Shown here piece after piece: positions 17,528-26,182 of a stretch of DNA of 49,682 nt (position 1 is the first letter of the stretch; every line of letters begins with the position of its first letter). The stretch covers positions 1-49,682 of the forward strand of contig CANQIU010000001.1 in assembly GCA_947624145.1 (NCBI GenBank), given 5' to 3'. The translations under genes were made by a program, and so were the position numbers. The notes under the pieces were generated by a model, which was not told where the DNA came from, did not search any database, and saw only the letters and a list, made by a program, of their open reading frames with translations. The DNA comes from an uncultured Bacilli bacterium (GTDB taxonomy: Bacteria; Bacillota_I; Bacilli_A; RF39; UBA660).

Positions 17528-19669
17528 TTAAACCTCCATTAAAGATAAATTAACACGATTTTTATCTTTATCTATATTTTTTACATAAACCGTTATAATA
17601 TCACCAACTTTGACTATTTCTTGAGGATCTTTAACATATTCATGACTCATATTAGAAATATGGATTAAGCCATCATCATGAAGACCTATATCAACAAAAG
17701 CCCCAAAGCTAGTAACATTTCGCACAACTCCTTCTAAAGACATTCCAATTTCTAAATCATCAATAGTTAAGATATCGCTTTTTAAGGTTACTTTTTTTAT
17801 ATTATCTCTTGGATCAATTACACCTTTACTTAAGTTAGTTTTTATCATTTCTAATTTTTCTAAACTTATATTATAAGTTCTTTTGATTTTTTCATAATCT
17901 ATTTTTTTAATTTCTTCTTTAATATAATCACTACCAATATTATTTAAATCAATATTATAATCATGTAATATAGAGGTTACTAACTTGTAATCTTCGGGGT
18001 GAATATTGGTTTTATCTAAAGGATTATTCCCATTAAGTATTCTTAAAAAGCCTGAAGATTGTTCAAAAGTCTTCGCATCAAGTCCTGCTTTAAGTAAATC
18101 TTCTCGTGTTTTAAATTCGCCATTTTTAATTTTATATTCTAAGATTTTTTTAATAGCTTTTTTATCTAAGCCCGAAACATAGTTTAAAAGACTTTCGCTA
18201 GCATTATTAAGATTTACCCCAACTTCATTAACGATTTTTACTACAACAAAGGAAAGTTCTTCATCAAGTTCTTTAGGTTTTAAATCATGTTGATATAAAC
18301 CAACGCCAATGCTTTTAGGATCAATTTTAACTAGTTCACTTAAAGCATCTTGAAGTCTTCGGCCAATTGATACAGCACTTCTTTGTTCAACGGAATAAGT
18401 AGGAAATTCTTTTTGGGCAATACGGGAGGCCGAATAAACGCTAGCTCCAGCTTCACTAACAATTACATATTTAACATCCAAGTTATATTTTTTAATTAAA
18501 TTAGCTACGAAAGCTTCGGATTCTCTTGAGGCGGTACCATTGCCAATAGCAATAACTTGCACCTGATATTTATTTATTAAATCTAACATTGTTTTTTCGG
18601 ACTTAACTATTTCTTTTTTAGGCTCATGGGGATAAATTACCCCAATTTCTAAAACTTCCCCATTTTCTTTTAAAATAGCTAACTTACAACCGGTTCGAAA
18701 AGCAGGGTCAAAGCCCATGACGATACTTCCTTTAATAGGCGGGGTTAAAAGCAAATGTTCTAAATTACTACCAAATTCTTTAATTCCTTTGCTTGAGGCA
18801 TTATCAAAAAGCTCTGCTTTTAAATCTCTTTCTAAAGATGGTTCTAATAATCTTTTCCAAGCATCCAAAATAAAATTTTCTAAATCAGCTTTTAAAGGAA
18901 ATTCTTTGCCCTCGATTACTTCTTTTTTTAAATATTCTAAAGGCCTTTCATTATCAATATTTAAGCTATAAGTAATTACGCCTTCTTTACTAGCCCGATT
19001 TAAAGCTAAAATTTGATGTGGTTTAACATGCGTTATTGGTGTAGCAAAATTATAATAAGTTTCATAAACCTTATGGGGATCATCAGCTGCCTTTTTAACT
19101 TTACCTAAAACTTGGCCATGATAAAAATAATATTGCCGCAAATACTTACGATACTTAGGCCGATCACTTAACCAATCTGCAATAATATAACCAGCATTAG
19201 TAATTGCCTCATCTATACTTTTAACTTGTTCAGTCAAAAAAGGTTTAGCTAGCTGTTCTCTTGTTTCCTTAGGAAAACTCATAATTTTTTTAGCTAATGG
19301 TTCTAGCCCTAATTTAATAGCTTCGGTTCCTTTTGTTTTTCTTTTTTCTTTATATGGGGCATAAATTTCTTCAACTTCACTTAGTTTTTCACAGCTATTT
19401 AAAGCTTCTTCTATTTCTAAAGTAAGCATCCCCTTTTCAGCAATTAATCTTTTAACATCTTCTTTGCGATGACTTAAATTAACCGCATAATTATATTCAG
19501 TTTCAATATTTCTTAGTTCATCTTCATTTAAGTTTCCCGTTACTTCTTTACGGTACCTAGCCATGAAAGGGATAGTCGCTCCTTCACTTAAAAGTTTAAT
19601 AACATTTTTAATTTGATATTCTTTAAGATTTAATTTAAAACTAACCTTTTTAATTAATTCTTCGTTCAT
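17528..19669 (-). CDS. tex: Tex-family transcription accessory protein (YqgF/RuvC-like, HhH and C-terminal S1 domains)
   Basis: 713 aa. N-terminus TIPFMARYRKE. Central YqgF-like GFDPAFRTGCK. C-terminal S1 domain GVVRNVTSFGAFVDIG..DGLIHIS. Extended -10 TGATATAAT upstream (19691-19699). Confidence 0.92.
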   Translation of the reverse strand: MNEELIKKVSFKLNLKEYQIKNVIKLLSEGATIPFMARYRKEVTGNLNEDELRNIETEYNYAVNLSHRKEDVKRLIAEKGMLTLEIEEALNSCEKLSEVEEIYAPYKEKRKTKGTEAIKLGLEPLAKKIMSFPKETREQLAKPFLTEQVKSIDEAITNAGYIIADWLSDRPKYRKYLRQYYFYHGQVLGKVKKAADDPHKVYETYYNFATPITHVKPHQILALNRASKEGVITYSLNIDNERPLEYLKKEVIEGKEFPLKADLENFILDAWKRLLEPSLERDLKAELFDNASSKGIKEFGSNLEHLLLTPPIKGSIVMGFDPAFRTGCKLAILKENGEVLEIGVIYPHEPKKEIVKSEKTMLDLINKYQVQVIAIGNGTASRESEAFVANLIKKYNLDVKYVIVSEAGASVYSASRIAQKEFPTYSVEQRSAVSIGRRLQDALSELVKIDPKSIGVGLYQHDLKPKELDEELSFVVVKIVNEVGVNLNNASESLLNYVSGLDKKAIKKILEYKIKNGEFKTREDLLKAGLDAKTFEQSSGFLRILNGNNPLDKTNIHPEDYKLVTSILHDYNIDLNNIGSDYIKEEIKKIDYEKIKRTYNISLEKLEMIKTNLSKGVIDPRDNIKKVTLKSDILTIDDLEIGMSLEGVVRNVTSFGAFVDIGLHDDGLIHISNMSHEYVKDPQEIVKVGDIITVYVKNIDKDKNRVNLSLMEV

Positions 19670-19756
19670 AACTACCTACTTTCTTCTTTAATTATATCAA
19701 ATTAAAAAAAAGAAAAAAAGCAGGTCTTTGCTTTTAAACTTTAATATTTTAGATTT

Positions 19757-20545
19757 TTAATTAAAAAGTTCCGTTTCATACCAATAATAATTATTATTAG
19801 AATCTTTTTTAAAAGTTAATTTATAAGTATCTAATAAATCTTTATAATTATTATAAAGATATGATTCTAAATATTTTGTAGTATATTTAGTTATTTCTTT
19901 AGTTTTATGAGAATAATAAACTTGTTCAGCAACATTTTCAAAATAACCTTTAACATAAATTTCTATTTCATCATTATTTTGTTTAATACTATCATAAATA
20001 ATATAAGGTATTATATCAGAATCATCACCATCTTGAGGAAACATACAAGAAATTTTATTATTATTTATCGTACAATCATTACCTAAGTTATCTTTAAAAA
20101 TATCTTCATTTTGGTAATTAAAAGTAGCCTTAGAACCATATAAATTATGAAATGCTTCTAGAAAAGTTTGATAATTTAATTCATAAACTTTACAATCTTC
20201 ACAGTAATTCATACTAATATTTTTGATACTAGCTATAGTGGAACCAAATAAAGCATCTAAAGATAATTTATCTTTAGTTATTTTACTATTAATAGTCTTA
20301 TCACTTTCACTAAATAAATAATAATATTTAATAGGACTTGCTTGAGCTAAATTAATTTTATTAAATAATTCCCGACCTAATGATTCTAAATAAATTTGTT
20401 CTTTATTCGAAATATTTTCTTTATTATCTTCTTGATTATTGGATTCAAAAATACTATCCTTTCCAACATAATAACCTATTCCTAAACCTATTCCTAAAAC
20501 TAAAATAAGACTAATCAAAACCCACATAAATGTTTTCTTTTCCAT
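19757..20545 (-). CDS. hypothetical membrane-anchored protein (262 aa), N-terminal paralog of 24003-24794
   Basis: N-terminal anchor MEKKTFMWVLISLILVLGIGLGIGYYVGKDS. Cys-containing ectodomain. Lies 19 nt downstream of the 856-aa gene. Confidence 0.7.
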   Translation of the reverse strand: MEKKTFMWVLISLILVLGIGLGIGYYVGKDSIFESNNQEDNKENISNKEQIYLESLGRELFNKINLAQASPIKYYYLFSESDKTINSKITKDKLSLDALFGSTIASIKNISMNYCEDCKVYELNYQTFLEAFHNLYGSKATFNYQNEDIFKDNLGNDCTINNNKISCMFPQDGDDSDIIPYIIYDSIKQNNDEIEIYVKGYFENVAEQVYYSHKTKEITKYTTKYLESYLYNNYKDLLDTYKLTFKKDSNNNYYWYETELFN

Positions 20546-20564
20546 TTTTCTTTTTCCTTTCTTT

Positions 20565-23135
20565 CTATCTACTTAATTCTTCTTCAACTAAATTACCACT
20601 TTCTAAATCAAAATATATTGGATCAATAAGTACTTTGGTAATAATTTTATAAAACGTTCCATTTTCATCTTGAACGAGATAACTAGCATTAGAAATATAT
20701 CTATCATCTTTCATTATGATTATTCCCTGATTAATAAAATCAGAAATTTCAATATCCGTTAAAGGTTCTTTTTCGGTATTAATATTTTGCCATAAAGTTA
20801 ATACAGTTCTATTTTGTTCTTTTAAATCATCATTAAAATAATATTTAATAAAATTACAAGGTAAATTAAGATTTTCTTTTACAATATCTTCATTATCTAA
20901 GAATTTTTCTGCAATAGATTTAATTGTCTTATCTTTATCTAGATAATACATGAATAATAAATTATCCTCAGCTTTTGTTTTATTTTTAGCTTCATAATAA
21001 AGCTTTAATATTTCATTTATGCGATAATCTTCTTGTGTAAACTCATAACTATTATTATCTAATAATTTATTAACACAAAAATCAAATAATTCAAATAATT
21101 CATTAGCTAAATCTTCATCATTAATATAACCTAAAAGAATTTTCTTTAAAGATGAATTATCATTTTTAAAATAAGCTTTTTTAATATTTTCAGAACCTAG
21201 AAGTTCTATTAAAGCATATCCTTTTGGTTTTAGTACTTCATAACCACTATCATAACTCCAATATTCACTATTTACAATACTATTTATAAATTCAATATAT
21301 CTTCCTGGACTATTATCAAAAGAGGCAGAGAAAGCATGACATAATTCATGTGATAAAACATTTTTATTAGCCTCATTAAAATTATGAGATTTATATAAAA
21401 TGATTTTATAATCATCTTCATAATATTCTCCACTTACATGTTCTTTACCTTCCTCATGATATTCAACTTTTAAATTTAAAAGCATTTCAAAAATATAATT
21501 ATGATCCATATATTTTAAATTATCATTAATAAACTTCGGATTAGATAAAATAAAAGCTTTTTCTTCTTCATTTAAATAAGGATTTAAGTTTAAAAGCTTA
21601 GTAATATCTTCATCATTTAACTTTATATTCTTCTTTTTGACAATACTTATTTCTCCTCCTGGAAATAAATCTTGAAAATCTTGAGGAATATTATAACTTA
21701 CCTTCTCATATAAATAATCATCATGATTTATATTAATAAATGTATAAATAAATATATCATTATATTGGATAATTCTTTTAGTATTATGATAATTTATTAA
21801 TATTAATTCTTTTTCTAATTCGGGATATTTTTCATATACCATTTCTAATTTATCAACAAGATCATTATCATTTAAAAATGGTATTTCTTCATCTTTATTA
21901 TGCTTATTATTTAAATATCTATCAAGTACTTCTTCTAAATTCCAAAATTCTATTGGCGTTTCATCTTTGTTTTCATTTTTATTATTTTCATAATCTAGAT
22001 TATTCCAAATAATAAATCTTTCTTCTTCTGTTAAATCATTTCGTTTATTTAAATAACGCTCAGTCTTATACATACTTAAATTTAGTTTTTTTCTAGCTAA
22101 TAATTGAATGTTTTCATCTAAAATATCTACTTTATTATAAAAAGTTAGATATTGATAATAGTCAACAATAAAGCCTTGATTTTGATAATATTTTAATAAA
22201 AAATCTATACCATCATATTTAATACCTATAGTATAATCTTTTAACTCGGGATTATTATTTAATAAGCTTGTTACTTTATCTTTAATATTATTATCAAAAT
22301 ATATTCTAAATTCTTCTAATTTTAAATTATATTCTTTAGAATTTTTAAATTCTTTTTCTTTAATAAAGTAATCAATAATTTCTTCTAAATCATCTTTATT
22401 TTCTTTTAAGTCATTAGTTTCTGGATTTTCTACCTGCTTTTCTTCATTATTAGCATCTTGTTTTTCATTAGCATCTTTTTCTTCTAATCCATTTGAAACA
22501 TTATTGGGACTGGTTGAATCACTTGAAGGTTCTGTAGGCTTAGTTGGAATATTTTGATTTGAAGAATTATCGATTTTAGGATAAGTTTCTTCAATACTAG
22601 GAATATCGGATTCTGCTATAATAGGGATATTATCTTCAACAGTAATACTTTTATGATGATTTAAATAGTCATAACCCATGATAGCAGAAGCGGCCACTAA
22701 AACGATAATTGTTTTCTTTCCTATATTAATTATTCTTTTAAAGAATTTTTTATCTTTAGTTTTATCTTGTTCATTGGCTTCATAAACAATAGCTTCCTGA
22801 TTATTATATAAAAGATTTAATTTTTTACGAACATCAGGTATAGGAATAACTAGTTCATTATTTTTTACTTCATAAAAAAGATGAATAAAATTATTTTTAT
22901 CAACAAAATGTCTATAAGTTTTATTTGCCATAATAATATCTTTTCTTAAACTTAAATTTTTTGAAGGCATAACCATTTTGTAAATAAATTTAATTAAAGA
23001 TTTATCATTACTACTTATATTATAATTTAAAGTATTATTCTCTTTTTTAGCATAATGAACTATTTTTCCATCATATAATAAAACTAATTCATAATCTTTA
23101 TATTTAAATTTTAATAGTTCCTCCAACTCTTTCAC
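20565..23135 (-). CDS. large membrane-anchored protein with HExxH (zincin-like) motif, otherwise unknown
   Basis: 856 aa. About 140-aa N-terminal cytoplasmic part, a single TM (TIIVLVAASAIMGY), a P/S/N/E-rich linker, and a ~600-aa ectodomain containing SHELCHAF (HELCH at 21336-21350). GTG start with extended -10 TGTTATACT upstream. Confidence 0.7.
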   Translation of the reverse strand: MKELEELLKFKYKDYELVLLYDGKIVHYAKKENNTLNYNISSNDKSLIKFIYKMVMPSKNLSLRKDIIMANKTYRHFVDKNNFIHLFYEVKNNELVIPIPDVRKKLNLLYNNQEAIVYEANEQDKTKDKKFFKRIINIGKKTIIVLVAASAIMGYDYLNHHKSITVEDNIPIIAESDIPSIEETYPKIDNSSNQNIPTKPTEPSSDSTSPNNVSNGLEEKDANEKQDANNEEKQVENPETNDLKENKDDLEEIIDYFIKEKEFKNSKEYNLKLEEFRIYFDNNIKDKVTSLLNNNPELKDYTIGIKYDGIDFLLKYYQNQGFIVDYYQYLTFYNKVDILDENIQLLARKKLNLSMYKTERYLNKRNDLTEEERFIIWNNLDYENNKNENKDETPIEFWNLEEVLDRYLNNKHNKDEEIPFLNDNDLVDKLEMVYEKYPELEKELILINYHNTKRIIQYNDIFIYTFININHDDYLYEKVSYNIPQDFQDLFPGGEISIVKKKNIKLNDEDITKLLNLNPYLNEEEKAFILSNPKFINDNLKYMDHNYIFEMLLNLKVEYHEEGKEHVSGEYYEDDYKIILYKSHNFNEANKNVLSHELCHAFSASFDNSPGRYIEFINSIVNSEYWSYDSGYEVLKPKGYALIELLGSENIKKAYFKNDNSSLKKILLGYINDEDLANELFELFDFCVNKLLDNNSYEFTQEDYRINEILKLYYEAKNKTKAEDNLLFMYYLDKDKTIKSIAEKFLDNEDIVKENLNLPCNFIKYYFNDDLKEQNRTVLTLWQNINTEKEPLTDIEISDFINQGIIIMKDDRYISNASYLVQDENGTFYKIITKVLIDPIYFDLESGNLVEEELSR

Positions 23136-23189
23136 CTACTCTAAAAAAAGTATAACATATCTTATTAATTAAAAGATTATGGTTATAAT

Positions 23190-23726
23190 TTATTTTACAT
23201 ATTTTTCACATATTTTTTCATGATCATTTATAATGCCAATAGCTTGTAAATAAGCATAAATAATGGTCGAACCAACAAATTTCATACCTTTTTTCTTTAA
23301 ATCTAAAGATATATAATCTGATAAAGCATTTTTGGTTTTATATTCATGATAAATGACTTTATTATCCGTAAAAGACCAAATATAATTTGAGAAACTACCA
23401 TATTCTTTTTGGATATTTAAAAATATTTGAGCATTATTTATAATAGCTTCAATCTTTTTTCTATTGCGAATTATTGCTTTGTTATTTAATAATTGCTTTA
23501 TCTTTTTTTCATTATAAGAGGCTATTTTTTTAATATCATAATTATCTAAAGCTTTTTTAAAACTTTCCCTCTTATTTAAAATTGTTTCCCAAGAAAGACC
23601 GGCTTGCATTATCTCTAAAATTAAATAAGCAAATAATTCTTTATCATTATATTTTGCAACTCCCCATTCCAAATCATGATAATTAACATATAAAGGATTA
23701 TTTAAGTTAACCCAAGAACATCTCAT
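23190..23726 (-). CDS. tag: DNA-3-methyladenine glycosylase I
   Basis: 178 aa. N-terminus RCSW...YHD.EWGV.....LFE.L.LE..QAGLSW.TIL.KR..F pattern of Tag, and C-terminal DHxxxC zinc-ligand region (NDHEKICEKY). Confidence 0.92.
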   Translation of the reverse strand: MRCSWVNLNNPLYVNYHDLEWGVAKYNDKELFAYLILEIMQAGLSWETILNKRESFKKALDNYDIKKIASYNEKKIKQLLNNKAIIRNRKKIEAIINNAQIFLNIQKEYGSFSNYIWSFTDNKVIYHEYKTKNALSDYISLDLKKKGMKFVGSTIIYAYLQAIGIINDHEKICEKYVK

Positions 23727-23953
23727 TTATGAGACTCCCAATAATATTTTCGTTCCATTAAATTATTAGCAACCTCATCTAATTCGTCATATTCTTCATC
23801 AGTTAAATCATTATAATCATTTAAAAATCTATCAATCAAAAATAAAGCTTCATCTATAGTAGAATTAATATTTAGGTTTATTCCATATCTATTTAAAATA
23901 GCTAATTCATGTTCCTTAATTAAAACTTTCCCAACTTTCTTTAACTCATCCAT
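23723..23953 (-). CDS. small acidic hypothetical protein (76 aa)
   Basis: ORF whose stop overlaps the tag start by 4 nt (ATGA). 18 Asp/Glu against 9 Lys/Arg. RBS-like AGAGGTGG upstream. Confidence 0.6.
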   Translation of the reverse strand: MDELKKVGKVLIKEHELAILNRYGINLNINSTIDEALFLIDRFLNDYNDLTDEEYDELDEVANNLMERKYYWESHK

Positions 23954-23980
23954 TTATAACCACCTCTTGCTACATACAAA

Positions 23981-24004
23981 AGAAAAAAGAAGTTTTCTTC
24001 TTTT
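23981..24004 (-). terminator. terminator after 24003-24794
   Basis: Minus strand AAGAAG-aaaa-CTTCTT followed by a T-run. Short AT-rich stem. Confidence 0.5.
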
Positions 24005-24794
24005 ATAAAGTCTTAAATTCTAATATTGATAATTCTCCATCAAATTTAAATTTAATATTTGCATTTAATATTGTTGGATAATTTTCATCTAATAATATCC
24101 CTTTATTAATAACTATAACTTTAGCTGTATAAACTTCTGTACTTTCATTATAGCTTAAATCATCAAAATAATATGTATAAGGATTTGTTGTTTGATCCTC
24201 ACTAAAATAATACATTAATAAATAATCATTTTGATTGATTTGTTGATTATTTTGGTAATTCGCATATTCATCAGTTAAATAATTTTCGTTTTCAATATTA
24301 TAATTTTCATTCCATAAAGTTTTGTATTTTTGTAAATATTTTTCTTTATTAACTATAACAAACTCACCATTTTCATTACTTCCTTTAAAAGTATCTTTTT
24401 CTCTAATGATATTTGTATATAATAAAGTATATTCTTTCTTAAACCAAGAAGCATTTTTTAAAAAATCATATTTATAATTAGTAGTATGATTATAAATATT
24501 TTCATCTGATAAAATATCAAAATATCCATCTTCATCAAAATTTTCATTAATAGTAGCTATAAATGATCTAATAGCCATATAGCCTAAATCATATTTAGAA
24601 ATTTCAACATTAGAAGTTGAAGTTTCATTTTTATTATCATTTTCTTTAGAATTATCTGCATCAATTGGTTGTTTATCTAAAGAAGTAATATTGTCTGAAG
24701 TACTACTATTTCCTACAAAATAACCTATACCTAATCCCAAGATAAGTATTAATACAAAACTTACAATAATCCATATAAATGCTTTCTTATTCAT
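24003..24794 (-). CDS. hypothetical membrane-anchored protein (263 aa), N-terminal paralog of 19757-20545
   Basis: N-terminal anchor MNKKAFIWIIVSFVLILILGLGIGYFVGNSS. 17 of 31 residues are identical to the other copy. The ectodomains have diverged. Confidence 0.7.
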   Translation of the reverse strand: MNKKAFIWIIVSFVLILILGLGIGYFVGNSSTSDNITSLDKQPIDADNSKENDNKNETSTSNVEISKYDLGYMAIRSFIATINENFDEDGYFDILSDENIYNHTTNYKYDFLKNASWFKKEYTLLYTNIIREKDTFKGSNENGEFVIVNKEKYLQKYKTLWNENYNIENENYLTDEYANYQNNQQINQNDYLLMYYFSEDQTTNPYTYYFDDLSYNESTEVYTAKVIVINKGILLDENYPTILNANIKFKFDGELSILEFKTL

Positions 24795-24884
24795 AATCCC
24801 ATTCCTTCTTTTCTATATTTATCTTAACATATAAAAAAAGCATGTACAATTTATTATATTTTTATGTAGACACTTCATTTACAT

Positions 24885-25586
24885 TTATTCTGCATAACTT
24901 TCCCCAGTTTTATAATCTATAATCACGCCATCTTGAACATTAAATATATAAACATTAAATTCTATTCCTTTTCCTTGATCTTCAATTGAATAAGCTTCCA
25001 TTTGAATTCCTGATGCCACTAAGTTATTTTCTTTAAAAATTGGCGTGACCCGATACATAACATGATTTGCTGTTTTCTTAATATATTCAGCCACTTTATT
25101 TTCAAAATCAACCATTGTTTTTTGATTAGCATCAGTTGTACAAGTGATAAGATTTTTTTCATTAGCATTTTCCCCGGCTAGTTGAAAACCAATTAAATGA
25201 CAGCGATTATATAAATATTTATTACCATATTTAACATTTAAAAAACCAGTTGGGTTAATTTCCGAAATATCCTCTCTTTTGGCACTAGGCATTAACTCAA
25301 GCCCTAGCTTTGCATAAGCTTTGCCACATCTTCCTAAAATATCTAAATTACTATATTCTTCAAAAGCTTCCTTTTTAAAATCTTCTTCATTAAAATCTGG
25401 TTTATTTTCATTTATATAAATATAGTCTTGCCCATTATATTCGGGAACCTCACTAAGAGCATAAGACTCCATAGTATATTTAAGAATAAATTTTTCAATC
25501 TGATCTTGAAATAAAACCGATAGAACTAAAATAATAATTATAATGATTTTTAAGTAAATATGTTCTTTTTTCTTTCTTCTTGCCAT
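24885..25586 (-). CDS. membrane-anchored/secreted DNA/RNA non-specific endonuclease (Endonuclease_NS_2 / DNA-entry-nuclease-like)
   Basis: N-terminal TM. Conserved blocks: VPEYNGQDYIYINENKPDF, LD.LGRCG.A.A, LYNRCHLIGFQLAGENANEKNLITCT (active-site His block), YRVTPIF...VASGIQMEAYSIED. All are typical of this nuclease family. Confidence 0.8.
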   Translation of the reverse strand: MARRKKKEHIYLKIIIIIILVLSVLFQDQIEKFILKYTMESYALSEVPEYNGQDYIYINENKPDFNEEDFKKEAFEEYSNLDILGRCGKAYAKLGLELMPSAKREDISEINPTGFLNVKYGNKYLYNRCHLIGFQLAGENANEKNLITCTTDANQKTMVDFENKVAEYIKKTANHVMYRVTPIFKENNLVASGIQMEAYSIEDQGKGIEFNVYIFNVQDGVIIDYKTGESYAE

Positions 25587-25636
25587 ATTTTTAATTCCTT
25601 ACTATTTAATTTTATTTTAAAGTACTAAAAAAATCA

Positions 25637-25669
25637 AGAAAAAACCTTAAAGGATTTCCCTTAAGGTTT
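25637..25669 (-). terminator. rho-independent terminator after hsp20
   Basis: AACCTTAA(A)GG-atttc-CCTTAAGGTT: a 10-bp stem with one bulge and a T-run on the minus strand. Confidence 0.7.
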
Positions 25670-25671
25670 AA

Positions 25672-26046
25672 CTATTTAACTTCAATAAATTTTTTGTTCT
25701 TATTTTCATCAATTTTATTGATTGTAATAACTAAGATACCATCTTTAAATGAAGCCATAATTGAATCTTCATCAATATCTTCAATATGGAAAGTTCTTTC
25801 AATCTTACCATAATATCTTCTTTCTTTATGAAGATATTTTTTAGCTTCTTCATCTTTTTCTTCTTTTTCTAACTTGATGGTAATGTTTCCTTTATTACAT
25901 TCGACTTTGATATCGCTTTTTTGATAACCAGGAGCATCCATTTCAATAAAGACTTGATTATCTTTTTCGTAGATATCACACTTCATTTTCGCATCACTAG
26001 TTGTTAAATCAAACATATCGTCAAAAAACATTCTACTTGGTAACAT
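25672..26046 (-). CDS. Hsp20/alpha-crystallin family small heat shock protein
   Basis: Alpha-crystallin domain pattern (D.YE.D......ME.PG..K.DI.V......L.I........E......ER..G...R.F.L......I.A.F..GIL.I). ATG 26046 lies 9 nt after GAAAGGAAG and is preferred over the track start 26055, which abuts the RBS. Confidence 0.9.
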   Translation of the reverse strand: MLPSRMFFDDMFDLTTSDAKMKCDIYEKDNQVFIEMDAPGYQKSDIKVECNKGNITIKLEKEEKDEEAKKYLHKERRYYGKIERTFHIEDIDEDSIMASFKDGILVITINKIDENKNKKFIEVK

Positions 26047-26122
26047 AAAAATCATCTTCCTTTCATTATAATTATGTTAAACTTTAAATGTTTTTATGCT
26101 GATGTTTTCCATCAACAATTAT

Positions 26123-26151
26123 AATATACTACAATAATTAGCACTTGTCAA
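26123..26151 (-). promoter_or_regulatory. sigma-A promoter of hsp20
   Basis: Minus strand TTGACA (26151-26146), 17 nt, TATATT (26128-26123). The -35 element lies inside the CIRCE spacer. Confidence 0.65.
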
Positions 26152-26164
26152 GTATAAGTGCTAA
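26138..26164. promoter_or_regulatory. CIRCE element (HrcA operator)
   Basis: TTAGCACTT-N9-AAGTGCTAA against consensus TTAGCACTC-N9-GAGTGCTAA. Perfect 9-bp inverted repeat, 8 of 9 matches per arm. Overlaps the hsp20 promoter. Confidence 0.85.
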
Positions 26165-26182
26165 AATTTTTAAAAATATTTA

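Noticed and set aside
22440-22485. Short tandem DNA repeat (cattagcatctt...) inside the 856-aa gene
   Set aside because: It only encodes the low-complexity KDANE/KQDANNE part of the linker. It is too short and imperfect to call a repeat element or contingency locus.
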